Shown one piece after another: positions 46,255-55,432 of a stretch of DNA of 64,000 bases. The notes under the pieces are model-generated. The model did not search any database, was not told the DNA's origin, and saw nothing but the letters and a program-made list of their open reading frames with translations. The position numbers and the translations under genes were made by a program. The stretch comes from Algiphilus sp. (GTDB lineage: Bacteria > Pseudomonadota > Gammaproteobacteria > Nevskiales > Nevskiaceae). The stretch lies in assembly GCF_965249985.1 (NCBI RefSeq), contig NZ_OZ252280.1; one strand, 5' to 3'. Each line of letters starts with the position of its first letter. Position 1 is the stretch's first letter.

Positions 46255-48115
46255 GCGCCGGCTGCCCTGGGGCTTCTGGCCCGGCACGCTGCCCACTGAG
46301 GCCTTGGCCGCAGTGCCACAACTGCTGGGCTGGGCATGGGACGCGGAGCGGGATGTTCTGGCTTGGGCGCAGTGGGATCCCGCCGCCGGCAGGGCCGGCC
46401 TGTTCACCACACCGCTGGTCGATCCGGCGCGCGTCCAGCGCATCCCCGACGCGGAGCCGCGTTGCCGCGTGCACGAATACGGTGGTGTGCCGGTGATCGC
46501 TGGCAAGGGGCGCTGGCAATGGTTGTGGATCGACGATGCCAGCCAGGGCATCCACGCACTGGACCGCAACGGCGCTGTGCATGTGCTGCATGCTGCCCCC
46601 GGTCGGCGCTGTGGTGATCTGGTGCTGCGTGCCGACGGCGCGGCGCTGCTTTTCATCGAGGAGGATCTGGTTGCGGAGCAGACGCGCCTGATGCGCCTCG
46701 ATTTCGGCGAGGGGGCGCAGTGCCGTGTGATGGCGGTCTCCGATGCCTTCTGCGCCGCGCCACGCTGGTCACCGGATGGGCTGCGTATCGCCTGGATCAG
46801 CTGGTCATCGACTGAAATGCCTTGGGAGTCGAGCCGGCTATGGGTTGCCGACGCCGAGGGGCAAGGCGCGCATGTCGTGGCGGGCGGTGCGGGCATCTCC
46901 GTGCTGGAGCCGGAATGGGATGCGCGGGGCCGGCTTTGGTGCCTGAGCGATGCGCAGGGTTGGTGGTGGCTATCCCGTGTCGATGCGGGCGGCACTACAC
47001 CCCTGCACCGTCTCGAAGGCGTCGACATGGGACGCCCGCCCTGGCAACTCGGCTATCGACACTATGTCCTGCTGCCCGGTGGCGCGGCGGTGGTGGTGGG
47101 GATTGCGGAGGCGCGCTGCCGATTGCTGCGGCTGGACCCTGATGGCACGCACAGGGAACTGGCGAGCGACGCAACCGACATCACCCAGTTGGCGCGCTGC
47201 GGGCAACGCCTACTCTACCTTGGCGCCGGACCCCGCCACGCTCTGGGCCTTTGGCAGCAGCCCCTCGATGGAACGGCCCCCGCAACGGCCATTGTCGGTG
47301 CTGATGTGCCGGTGGCGTCGGAGGCGGTATCCCTGCCGGAGCCGGTGCAGGCGCAAGGGCCGGCAGGCGCGATTCACGGTTATTACTACCCGCCCCGCTA
47401 CCCGGGCATCCATGCGGAGCAGGCGGGGCCGCCACCCCTGATTCTGCGCGCACACGGCGGGCCGACCGCCATGCGCGCACCGGTCTTCGAGCCGGAGGTG
47501 CAGTTCTGGACTGGGCGCGGATTCGCGGTGGCGGAGCTCAATTACAGCGGCAGCAGTGGCCATGGACGCGCCTACCGCGAGCGGCTACGCGGACGGTGGG
47601 GGTTGCTGGATCGCGATGACTGTCGCGCCATGGCCCGCGCGCTGGTCGATCAGGGACGTGCCCAGGCCGGCGCTCTGTTCATTGCCGGCAACAGCGCGGG
47701 CGGACTGAGCGTGCTCAACAGTCTGCGCGGTGTCAGTCCCTTCGCCGCTGGCCTGTGCCGATGGGGGGTGGCGGATCTGGAGCGCCTGGCGGCCTGCACG
47801 CACCGTTTCGAGCGTGGCTATCTGAACCATCTGGTCGGCGCCCTGCCGGAGGCACGGGCAGCCTACCGTTGGCGTTCTCCGGTGCATCATGCGGCGCGCA
47901 TTGCAGCGCCGCTGATCATGATTCAGGGGCGTGAGGACCGCATCGTTCCGCCCGCGCAGGCAGAAGCGATGGCCGCGGCGGTGGCGGCCCAGGGCGGTCT
48001 GTGCGCGTTGCACCTCTATCCCGACGAGGGCCACGGCTTGCGTCAGGCCGCGCATCGGGCCCATGCCGTCGAGGCGGAATGGGCCTTCCTGCAGCGGCTA
48101 CTGGCGGCACACTGA
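46247..48115 (+). CDS. S9-family serine peptidase (prolyl oligopeptidase/acylaminoacyl-peptidase type) with N-terminal beta-propeller
   Basis: The GTG start overlaps the previous gene by 8 nt. Propeller-type 'WSPDGLRIAWISW'. Catalytic 'FIAGNSAGG' (GxSxGG), 'IQGREDRIVPP', 'YPDEGHGL'. Confidence 0.85.
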   Translation: MPERRLPWGFWPGTLPTEALAAVPQLLGWAWDAERDVLAWAQWDPAAGRAGLFTTPLVDPARVQRIPDAEPRCRVHEYGGVPVIAGKGRWQWLWIDDASQGIHALDRNGAVHVLHAAPGRRCGDLVLRADGAALLFIEEDLVAEQTRLMRLDFGEGAQCRVMAVSDAFCAAPRWSPDGLRIAWISWSSTEMPWESSRLWVADAEGQGAHVVAGGAGISVLEPEWDARGRLWCLSDAQGWWWLSRVDAGGTTPLHRLEGVDMGRPPWQLGYRHYVLLPGGAAVVVGIAEARCRLLRLDPDGTHRELASDATDITQLARCGQRLLYLGAGPRHALGLWQQPLDGTAPATAIVGADVPVASEAVSLPEPVQAQGPAGAIHGYYYPPRYPGIHAEQAGPPPLILRAHGGPTAMRAPVFEPEVQFWTGRGFAVAELNYSGSSGHGRAYRERLRGRWGLLDRDDCRAMARALVDQGRAQAGALFIAGNSAGGLSVLNSLRGVSPFAAGLCRWGVADLERLAACTHRFERGYLNHLVGALPEARAAYRWRSPVHHAARIAAPLIMIQGREDRIVPPAQAEAMAAAVAAQGGLCALHLYPDEGHGLRQAAHRAHAVEAEWAFLQRLLAAH

Positions 48116-48130
48116 GCGCGACCGTGGCGC

Positions 48131-49297
48131 TTAGCTGTGCTCCGTGTGCTTGCGGCTTTCCGCCACGGTGCGGAACACCAGTGGATGCTCTTCCTGCCGG
48201 ACGTCAGCGGCTTCGACCGCGTCCCTGACAAGGGCATGCTGTGGGGATTTGCTGCAGGCAGGGTCGGTCACCGTGGCGTCGCCGGTGAGCGCCAGTGCCT
48301 GACAGCGGCAGCCACCGTGACAACGCGTCAGTAGTTCGCAGCTGGCGCAGGGCTCAGGCTGCCAGTCATGGCCCCGAAAGCGATTGAAGGCCACGGAATC
48401 ACGCCAGATGTGCGCGAGACTGTGCTCACGCACGGAGGGCAGCGCAAGACCGGGAATGGCCGCCGCGCCGTGGCAGGGGAGGGCGCGACCGTCCGGGGCT
48501 ACGCCCAGGAAAGTCGAGCCCCAACCGTTCATGCAGGGCTTGGCCTTGGCGTCGAAATAGTCCGAACCCACGAAATAGATGCGCATGCGGCCTTCGGCCC
48601 GCTCGCGCCAGCGGTTGGCGACGGCTTCGGCGTGTGCCATCTGGGCGCGCGTGGGCATCAGCGCGGCGCGGTTGCGCAGCGCCCAGCCGTGATACTGCGT
48701 GTTGGCGAGCTCGACGTGATCCGCGCCAAGGTCCCAGGCGAGCTGCAGGATGGCGTCGATACGGTCGAGGTTGTGCCGGTGCAGCACGACGTTGAACACC
48801 ATCGGGTAGCCATGCGCGCGAATGGCTTCGGCCATGGCGCGCTTGTGGCCGAATCGGGCACTGCCCGCAATGGCGTCCGAAGCGATGCTGTCGTCGGCCT
48901 GGAAACTGATCTGGACGTGGTCGAGACCGGCGGCGCGCAGCGCGCCGAGGCGGTCGTGGTCCAGGCCGATGCCGGAGGTGATCAGATTGGTATAGAAGCC
49001 GAGTGTGCGGGCTTCGGCCACCAGTTCCTCCAGGTCGCGACGCAGCAGGGGCTCGCCGCCGGAGAAGCCGAGCTGCACGGCGCCCAGGGCGCGCGCCTGC
49101 CGCAGGACCGAACGCCAGCCCTCGGTATCCAGTTCATCACGGTAGCGGGCGAAATCGAGCGGATTCGAGCAATAGGCGCACTGCAGCGGGCAGCGGTAGG
49201 TCAGCTCGGCCAGCAGCCACATCGGCAGCGGCGCGGTATCGCCGCTGGCGCCCGCCGTGGCGTTTGTGCTGGCCTGTTCTCCCTCAGGCGGTGCCAT
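48131..49297 (-). CDS. pqqE: PQQ biosynthesis radical-SAM protein PqqE
   Basis: 'WLLAELTYRCPLQCAYCSNPLDF', SPASM-type Cys cluster near the C-terminus. Start chosen at ATG 49297 (14-nt overlap with pqqD). The longer track ORF runs through pqqD in another frame. Confidence 0.92.
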   Translation of the reverse strand: MAPPEGEQASTNATAGASGDTAPLPMWLLAELTYRCPLQCAYCSNPLDFARYRDELDTEGWRSVLRQARALGAVQLGFSGGEPLLRRDLEELVAEARTLGFYTNLITSGIGLDHDRLGALRAAGLDHVQISFQADDSIASDAIAGSARFGHKRAMAEAIRAHGYPMVFNVVLHRHNLDRIDAILQLAWDLGADHVELANTQYHGWALRNRAALMPTRAQMAHAEAVANRWRERAEGRMRIYFVGSDYFDAKAKPCMNGWGSTFLGVAPDGRALPCHGAAAIPGLALPSVREHSLAHIWRDSVAFNRFRGHDWQPEPCASCELLTRCHGGCRCQALALTGDATVTDPACSKSPQHALVRDAVEAADVRQEEHPLVFRTVAESRKHTEHS

Positions 49298-49607
49298 GGT
49301 GCTGCTGGCCCTCCTGCGCCGCATCGGAGGCCATCGGCAGGTCAATCCATCCCCGTCGCCGCGCTTCATCCAGGAAGCTGAGGACGTCATCGCGCAGATC
49401 GCTGCCAGCGAAGCGGGCCTCCAGCGCTTCCACGACGGCGTCGACACTGCGGCCGTCGCAGAGTGCGAGGATCTCCCCGGCAGGGCCATTCAGTTGCACC
49501 ATGCCCTCCGGAAACAACAGGACCTGCGCATTCTGGGCGGGTTCCCACTGCAGGCGCACGCCGCGGGCGAGTGTGACCGGGGCCTGTGGATGGTCGGCGG
49601 CGCTCAT
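49284..49607 (-). CDS. pqqD: PQQ biosynthesis peptide chaperone PqqD
   Basis: '[35 protein letters not shown]'. ATGA overlap with the pqqC stop. Confidence 0.9.
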   Translation of the reverse strand: MSAADHPQAPVTLARGVRLQWEPAQNAQVLLFPEGMVQLNGPAGEILALCDGRSVDAVVEALEARFAGSDLRDDVLSFLDEARRRGWIDLPMASDAAQEGQQHHGTA

Positions 49608-50428
49608 GCCGAGGCTCCGGCCTCGGCGTGTGTATCGGCTTCACCCGGCTCGGAGGCGCCCTCGGCAGCGGGTATGGCCTGATAGGGCGGCATATCGATC
49701 ACATAGGCCAGGTACATGGCATCCAGCATGGTCCACAACACGTCGAGCTTGAAGCGCAGGGTCGCCAGGGCGCGTTCCTGTTCGGGGCGGGTGCGGAACT
49801 CGGTGAGGGTGACTTCCAGACCATGGCGGACGTCTTCCCGCGCCTGGCCGATGCGGGTCTCGAAGTAGGCCAGCCCGGCCGGGTCGACCCAGGGGTAGTA
49901 CTTGGGCCAGGTGTCGAGCCGCGAGCGGTGGGCGCGCGGCGCGAAGAGCTCCGTGAGCGAGGAACAGACCGCCTCCTGCCAGCTGTGCTGCTGGGCGAAG
50001 CGCAGGTAGGCCTCAACCGCGAAGCGCACACCGGGCAGGACTTCGTCCAGGCTTTCCATGCGCGCGCGCGATACCCCCACCGCCTCGCCCAGACGCAGCC
50101 AGGCCTCGATGCCGCCGGCGGTGTCGCCGCGACCGTCGTGATCGATGATGCGCTGGATCCAGCGACGGCGCAGGTCGCGATGGGGGCAGTTCGAAAGGAT
50201 GGCTGCATCCTTGAGTGGGATGTGGATCTGGTAGTAGTAGCGATTGATTACCCAGCCCTGCATCTGCTCCCGGTTGAGCTGGCCGTCGGCCATCATGCGC
50301 TGGTAGGGGTGGTGAAAGTGGTAGTAGCGCCCCAGGGCGCGTAGCTGGCGCTCGAATTCCTCGCGCGACCAGGGTGCCGCCCCCGCTGCTGGGGGATGGG
50401 CTTCAGAACGGGATGTGCATGCCGTCAT
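49604..50428 (-). CDS. pqqC: Pyrroloquinoline-quinone synthase PqqC
   Basis: '[48 protein letters not shown]', '[12 protein letters not shown]'. ATG 50428 is the only in-frame ATG upstream of the conserved region that does not run deep into pqqB. It gives a 26-nt overlap with pqqB. Confidence 0.9.
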   Translation of the reverse strand: MTACTSRSEAHPPAAGAAPWSREEFERQLRALGRYYHFHHPYQRMMADGQLNREQMQGWVINRYYYQIHIPLKDAAILSNCPHRDLRRRWIQRIIDHDGRGDTAGGIEAWLRLGEAVGVSRARMESLDEVLPGVRFAVEAYLRFAQQHSWQEAVCSSLTELFAPRAHRSRLDTWPKYYPWVDPAGLAYFETRIGQAREDVRHGLEVTLTEFRTRPEQERALATLRFKLDVLWTMLDAMYLAYVIDMPPYQAIPAAEGASEPGEADTHAEAGASA

Positions 50429-51317
50429 GTGCGGTCTCGATGCCCGCCTGTTCCAGGGCCGCGCGCTCCTCCGAGGCCGGGTCCAGGATCGGGTTGGTGT
50501 TGTTGATGTGGATGAGGATGCGGCGTGCCTTCGGGTACTGCGCGAGCAGCGCCATGGTTCCGTGTGCGCCGCTTTGAGGCAGATGCCCCATTTCGCGCGC
50601 GGTCTTGCGGCCGCCCACCACGCGCTGCATCTCGTCGTCGGTCCAGGTGGTGCCATCGACCAGCAGCACGTTCGCTCGGGCCATCCACGGCAGCAGGCTG
50701 TCGTCCATGTCGCCGAGGCCGGGGGCATAGAAGACGCCGCCGTCACCCTCCGCGCTATGGAAGAAGAAGCCGAGATTGTCGCCCGGCTCGGGGGCGGCCC
50801 GGTGGGGCGAGTAGGGCGGTGCCTTGCTCTTCAGCGGGATCGCGGTGACCCGTACACCCGGTGTTTCCGCTGGTTCGACCGCCGTACCGTCGAGGCGCAG
50901 GGGGTGAACCTGGGTGCCGCAGTAGTGGCTCAGGATGTTGAGGACCGGGAAGCCGGTGCGCAGGTCTTCCTCGGTGCGCGGGGTGCAATAGATCGAGAGC
51001 GGGTGATGCGACTCGCGCAGCATCACCAGCCCGGTCACGTGGTCGAGCTGGCTGTCGGCGAGCAGCACGGCGGCAATGCCGCTACCGCGCAGGCCGGTAC
51101 TGGGATGGAGCGCCGGGGTGTCGAGAATCTGCTGGCGGATATCGGGCGAGGCATTGACCAGCAGCCAATGGCGCCCGTCCGCACTGACGGCGATCGACGA
51201 TTGGGTGCGGCATTGATCGGACAAGCCACCGCCGCGTGCTTGTTGGCATCGAGGACAGTTGCAGTTCCATTGGGGGTAGCCGCCGCCGGCCGCAGAGCCG
51301 AGAACACGTAACTGCAT
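50403..51317 (-). CDS. pqqB: PQQ biosynthesis protein PqqB (metallo-beta-lactamase fold)
   Basis: '[24 protein letters not shown]', '[12 protein letters not shown]', 'HINNTNPIL'. Confidence 0.93.
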   Translation of the reverse strand: MQLRVLGSAAGGGYPQWNCNCPRCQQARGGGLSDQCRTQSSIAVSADGRHWLLVNASPDIRQQILDTPALHPSTGLRGSGIAAVLLADSQLDHVTGLVMLRESHHPLSIYCTPRTEEDLRTGFPVLNILSHYCGTQVHPLRLDGTAVEPAETPGVRVTAIPLKSKAPPYSPHRAAPEPGDNLGFFFHSAEGDGGVFYAPGLGDMDDSLLPWMARANVLLVDGTTWTDDEMQRVVGGRKTAREMGHLPQSGAHGTMALLAQYPKARRILIHINNTNPILDPASEERAALEQAGIETAHDGMHIPF

Positions 51318-51328
51318 GGGGCGATGAA

Positions 51329-51353
51329 CAGGGCGGGCACGCGGCCCGCCCTG
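51329..51353 (-). other. 10-bp GC-rich stem-loop between pqqA and pqqB
   Basis: CAGGGCGGGC-acgcg-GCCCGCCCTG, located between the pqqA stop (51364) and the pqqB start (51317). There is no U-tract. Confidence 0.55.
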
Positions 51354-51363
51354 TCAGCAGCGC

Positions 51364-51438
51364 TCAGCGCGCGGAAACGTACAGATTGATTTCGAAGCCG
51401 AGTCGCAGTTCGGTAAAGCTGGGTTTGGTCCAGGCCAT
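51364..51438 (-). CDS. pqqA: PQQ precursor peptide PqqA (24 aa; below ORF-track cutoff)
   Basis: Hand translation of the minus strand: 'MAWTKPSFTELRLGFEINLYVSAR', with the conserved E-x-x-x-Y (EINLY) from which PQQ is built. SD GGAGGA lies 7 nt upstream. Confidence 0.9.
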   Translation of the reverse strand: MAWTKPSFTELRLGFEINLYVSAR

Positions 51439-51663
51439 TGGTCATTCCTCCGTATCGTAGTAAGGGACGCGCTCGCGAGCGCAGTGACACACCATCATTG
51501 GAGTCACTGCCGAGGTACGCAGCAAGCACTATGCCAGCGGGCGACAACCCGTGGCTACGACCTTTCCCTGGGCTTTCCGAGGCGACACCTGTCGCCTGCA
51601 CCGACACAGCGTCGCGTGTGTGTTACACCCTGTGTCAGGCAGCCGGTCCGGCGGGCGTCAGTG

Positions 51664-52482
51664 TCAGCCTGGGTCCGTGTCGGAGGGCAGCGCGGCAGGG
51701 GTGCTGCGCAGTGCTTCGAGACGAGCGGCGAGGGCGGCGTGAATGCGCAGATTGCCCGCCAGCACGTTACCCGTGTCCATCACCTCCGAGCGGCCAAAGA
51801 GCTCAGTCACGGTGCCGCCGGCTTCGCGCACCAGCAGGACGCCCGCAGCGATATCCCACGGTTGCAGGTCCATCTCCCAGAAGCCGTCGAGGCGGCCGCG
51901 TGCGACCCAGGCCAGATCGAGGGCTGCGGCGCCGGCCCGGCGGATGCCGGCCGTCTCTTCCAGCACGGCACCCAGCTGCGGCAAATAGCGACGCACCCGT
52001 TCCTCGTCGCGGAAGGGCGCGCCGGTGCCGATGAGGCTGCGTTCCAGCGACTCGGTACGCGACACTCGGATGCGCCGCGCATTGCACTGCGCGCCGCCGC
52101 CAGCGCTGGCGGTGTAGAGGTCATTGCTGTTCGGGTCGTAGATCACGCCATGTGCGAGCTTGCCGCGATGGGTGATGCCGATGGAAACCGCGTAGTGCGG
52201 AATGCCGTGCAGGAAATTGGTCGTGCCGTCGAGCGGATCGACGATCCAGACGGTTTCGGCCTCCCCCATGGCGCCGCCTTCTTCACCGAGAATGGCGTGA
52301 TCGGGATAGAAGCGCCGAATCGTGCGCACGATTTCGGCCTCCGCTGCGCGATCGACCTCGGAGACAAAATCGCTCTTGCCCTTGGAAGTGACGGTGAGGC
52401 GGTCCGTCTGATGCGCATGACGGAGAATGATTTGACCGGCGGCGCGTGCTGCTTGCACGGCCACATTGACCAATGGATGCAC
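51664..52482 (-). CDS. suhB: Inositol monophosphatase family protein SuhB
   Basis: GTG start. 'MHPLVNVAVQAARAAG', 'ILGEEGG', 'WIVDPLDGTTNFLHG', 'WDIAAG'. Confidence 0.9.
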   Translation of the reverse strand: MHPLVNVAVQAARAAGQIILRHAHQTDRLTVTSKGKSDFVSEVDRAAEAEIVRTIRRFYPDHAILGEEGGAMGEAETVWIVDPLDGTTNFLHGIPHYAVSIGITHRGKLAHGVIYDPNSNDLYTASAGGGAQCNARRIRVSRTESLERSLIGTGAPFRDEERVRRYLPQLGAVLEETAGIRRAGAAALDLAWVARGRLDGFWEMDLQPWDIAAGVLLVREAGGTVTELFGRSEVMDTGNVLAGNLRIHAALAARLEALRSTPAALPSDTDPG

Positions 52483-52493
52483 GGAGTGACCGA

Positions 52494-53258
52494 ATGAAAG
52501 AGCCGCAAAAGGGCGCAGAGAATAGCAAAACCGCGGCCGATGCCCTCGATCAGTTGCGCGTCGTACTGGTGCGTACCCAGCATCCCGGCAATATCGGCGC
52601 CACCGCGCGTGCCATGAAGACGATGGGTTTGTCGGATCTGGTGCTGGCGGCGCCGCAGCGGCCGCCGGACGAACGCAGCGTGGCGATGGCCAGCGGCGCC
52701 ACCGACGTGCTGGAGGGACTGCGTCAGTTCGATTCCCTGGCCGAGGCGGTGGCGGACTGCCATCGCGTGGTCGGCGTCAGCGCGCGCCGGCGCGGCATTT
52801 CGCTGGATGTCCACGATGCACGCGCCTGGGCGCAGCAGTGGAGCTCCGATGCGCCCGATGCCGGGCGCACGGCCCTGGTCTTCGGCGCGGAACGCACCGG
52901 GCTGACCAATGAGGAGCTCGCCCTGTGCCAGTCCGCGGTCCAGATTGCCGCCAATCCAGAGTACAGCTCGCTGAATCTGTCGCAGGCGGTGCAGATTCTC
53001 GGCTACGAAAGCCGCATGGCTGCGCTGGGTGGCGTCGCGGGCAGTCACCGCCCCCGACCCGCCGATCACGCCACGATGGAAGGGGTCTACCAGCATCTGG
53101 AGGCGATGCTGGTGGATGTCGGCTTTCTGGATCCGAACTATCCGCGCCATCTCATGCGGCGCCTGCGCCGGCTCTTCGCGCGCGCCGAGCCGGACAAGGT
53201 GGAAGCCAACATCCTGCGCGGCATGTTCAGCGCGGTGCAGAAAGCACGCCGACCCTAG
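52494..53258 (+). CDS. trmJ: tRNA (cytidine/uridine-2'-O-)-methyltransferase TrmJ (SpoU family)
   Basis: 'LRVVLVRTQHPGNIGATARAMKTMGLSDLVL', 'SLNLSQAVQILGYE'. Start chosen at ATG 52494 (GGAG 7 nt upstream). In-frame alternatives are ATG 52473 and TTG 52554. Confidence 0.85.
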   Translation: MKEPQKGAENSKTAADALDQLRVVLVRTQHPGNIGATARAMKTMGLSDLVLAAPQRPPDERSVAMASGATDVLEGLRQFDSLAEAVADCHRVVGVSARRRGISLDVHDARAWAQQWSSDAPDAGRTALVFGAERTGLTNEELALCQSAVQIAANPEYSSLNLSQAVQILGYESRMAALGGVAGSHRPRPADHATMEGVYQHLEAMLVDVGFLDPNYPRHLMRRLRRLFARAEPDKVEANILRGMFSAVQKARRP

Positions 53259-53335
53259 CCAAGCGCCAACTGCGTCTGACGCCCTCGGGGCGGGCATCTA
53301 CAATGGCGCTTCACTAGCCCTTTTCAGGCCCGGAC

Positions 53336-54154
53336 ATGTTCAGCACGCTACGCGATGACATTCGGTGCGTCTTCGACCGCGACCCCGCAGCACGCAATGT
53401 GTGGGAAGTGCTGACCTGTTATCCGGGGTTGAAGGCCCTGTGGGCGCATCGCGTCAGTCATTGGCTGTGGAACCATCGTCTGCCCTGGCTGGCCCGGATG
53501 AACTCCCAGCTCGCCCGCTTTTTGACCGGCATCGAGATCCACCCCGGCGCCCGCATCGGCCGTCGTTTCTTCATCGACCACGGCATGGGCGTGGTCATCG
53601 GCGAGACGGCCGAGATCGGCGAGAACGTCACGCTTTACCACCAGGTCACCCTTGGCGGCACCAGTTGGGATGCGGGCAAGCGCCACCCCACACTCGAGGA
53701 CAATGTGGTCGTGGGCGCCGGCGCCAAGGTGCTGGGCCCCATCACCATTGGGACCGGCGCCCGCATCGGTTCGAATTCGGTGGTGGTGCGGGATGTCGAC
53801 GCGGGGTCGACCGTGGTGGGTATTCCCGCCCGGGTCGTGGCCAAGGTACGCGAGCCCAGCGACCGCGTGGCGGCGCTGGCCGCCCGCATCGGCTTCGATG
53901 CCTATGGCCTGTCGCATGACATGCCCGATCCGGTGGCGGATGCACTCAATGTCATGCTGGACCATATGCAGACGCTGGACGACCGCGTCATTGCCCTTTG
54001 CGAGCGCCTGCGCGAACACGGCGAGGAGCTGCCGTCGGGCGAGCTCTCGCCTATCGAGAAACCCGAATTCTGCCGCGAACACGAGGAGGAGCAGGCTGCC
54101 TCTGGCGGGCCAGACCAGGACGAGGGGCCCGACGCCACACGGAGCAAGGGCTGA
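53336..54154 (+). CDS. cysE: Serine O-acetyltransferase
   Basis: '[30 protein letters not shown]', hexapeptide repeats '[44 protein letters not shown]'. Confidence 0.92.
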   Translation: MFSTLRDDIRCVFDRDPAARNVWEVLTCYPGLKALWAHRVSHWLWNHRLPWLARMNSQLARFLTGIEIHPGARIGRRFFIDHGMGVVIGETAEIGENVTLYHQVTLGGTSWDAGKRHPTLEDNVVVGAGAKVLGPITIGTGARIGSNSVVVRDVDAGSTVVGIPARVVAKVREPSDRVAALAARIGFDAYGLSHDMPDPVADALNVMLDHMQTLDDRVIALCERLREHGEELPSGELSPIEKPEFCREHEEEQAASGGPDQDEGPDATRSKG

Positions 54155-54283
54155 GCCTGTGTTCGTGCCAATAGCGCGGCCTGCGCGCCACGAACCTGTG
54201 AGACGCGGCGCGGTCTGTGCACCAGCAGCGCTGCGCGGCTCCGCCGCCGCAGCAACCGGCGAACACCCGCCAGGAGTCACACC

Positions 54284-55426
54284 ATGCCGACCTATTTCGA
54301 CCATAACGCCACCACCCCGCTGCACCCGGATGTGCTGGCTGCCATGCAGCCGCATCTGACCAAGCCTTTCGGCAATCCGGCCAGCGTGCACCGCTTCGGG
54401 CGTGCCGCGCACGCGGCCGTACAGCGCGCGCGCGATGAAGTGGCGCAGCTGATCGGTTGCCGCAGCAGCGAAGTGGTCTTCACCAGCGGTGGTACCGAGT
54501 CCGACAATCTGGCCGTCAAGGGCGTGGCCGCGGCGCTGTCGGGGCGCAGCGTGCTGTACGGCGCCACCGAACACCCCGCGGTGCTGGAAGCAGCCGAGGC
54601 GCTGCGCGGCACAGACACGCCGGTCGAGGTCATTCCCTATAACGAGGATGGCCATCCCGACTGGGCCTGGTTGGAGCAACGCCTCGCGCGGGGGGATGTG
54701 GGCCTCGTATGCATGATGGCGGCGAACAACGAGACCGGCGTGATCCAGGACATCGCCCGCGCATCCGAGTTGGCCCATGCCCACGGCGCACTGCTGCATG
54801 TCGACGCGGTGCAGGCGGCGGGCAAGCTGCCGCTGGACTTTGCCGGCAACGGCGTTGATCTCATGGCGCTTTCGGCACACAAGCTGTTCGGGCCGCGTGG
54901 GGTCGGGGCGCTGGCCATTCGCGCCGGGATCACCGTCTATCCGCAGCAGCACGGGGGCGGGCATGAAGACAATCTGCGCAGTGGCACGCTCAACGCGCCG
55001 GGCATCGTGGGCATGGGCGCGGCCTGTCGTCTGGCGGCAGAGCAGATGACGACACGCAACGCCCACTGTCAGCAACTGCGCGACCGGCTGGAGGCTGGCC
55101 TGATGCAACTGCCCAATCTCACGGTCTTTGCGCAGGCGCAGGCCCGGCTGGCCAATACCTGCCAGTTTGCGCTGCACGGCTTTGACGGAGAGGCCATGGT
55201 GATGGCCCTCGACCGCGAAGGCTTCGCCGTGTCGTCAGGCTCGGCCTGCCACAGCGAGCACGGTGAGCCGAGCCATGTGCTGATGGGCATGGGCCTGCAG
55301 CGCGACCTTGCGAAGGCCGCCGTTCGGGTCAGCTTCGGTCCGGACAATACCGAGGCGGAGGTGGACCAGCTGCTCGCCGCCATCGGCCGCGTCGCCAGCA
55401 CCCCGATGGCGGCGATGGCGGTCTAG
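54284..55426 (+). CDS. Cysteine desulfurase, NifS/IscS-like (copy 1)
   Basis: 'YFDHNATTP', 'FTSGGTESDNLAVKG', PLP-Lys 'SAHKLFGPRGVGAL', catalytic loop 'SSGSACHS'. 380 aa. Confidence 0.9.
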   Translation: MPTYFDHNATTPLHPDVLAAMQPHLTKPFGNPASVHRFGRAAHAAVQRARDEVAQLIGCRSSEVVFTSGGTESDNLAVKGVAAALSGRSVLYGATEHPAVLEAAEALRGTDTPVEVIPYNEDGHPDWAWLEQRLARGDVGLVCMMAANNETGVIQDIARASELAHAHGALLHVDAVQAAGKLPLDFAGNGVDLMALSAHKLFGPRGVGALAIRAGITVYPQQHGGGHEDNLRSGTLNAPGIVGMGAACRLAAEQMTTRNAHCQQLRDRLEAGLMQLPNLTVFAQAQARLANTCQFALHGFDGEAMVMALDREGFAVSSGSACHSEHGEPSHVLMGMGLQRDLAKAAVRVSFGPDNTEAEVDQLLAAIGRVASTPMAAMAV

Positions 55427-55432
55427 GCGCAC

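Noticed and set aside
51581-51596. Palindrome GGCGAC-acct-GTCGCC between the suhB 3' end and the pqqA promoter region
   Set aside because: The 6-bp stem is short with no U-tract, and such palindromes are expected by chance at this GC content. I cannot distinguish a suhB terminator from an operator or from noise.
54155-54283. Hidden iscR gene or IscR type-1 binding site between cysE and the first desulfurase
   Set aside because: At 129 nt the gap is too short for an Rrf2 regulator. I found no match to the AT-rich IscR type-1 motif. The region is GC-rich with only an SD (CAGGAG) before ATG 54284.
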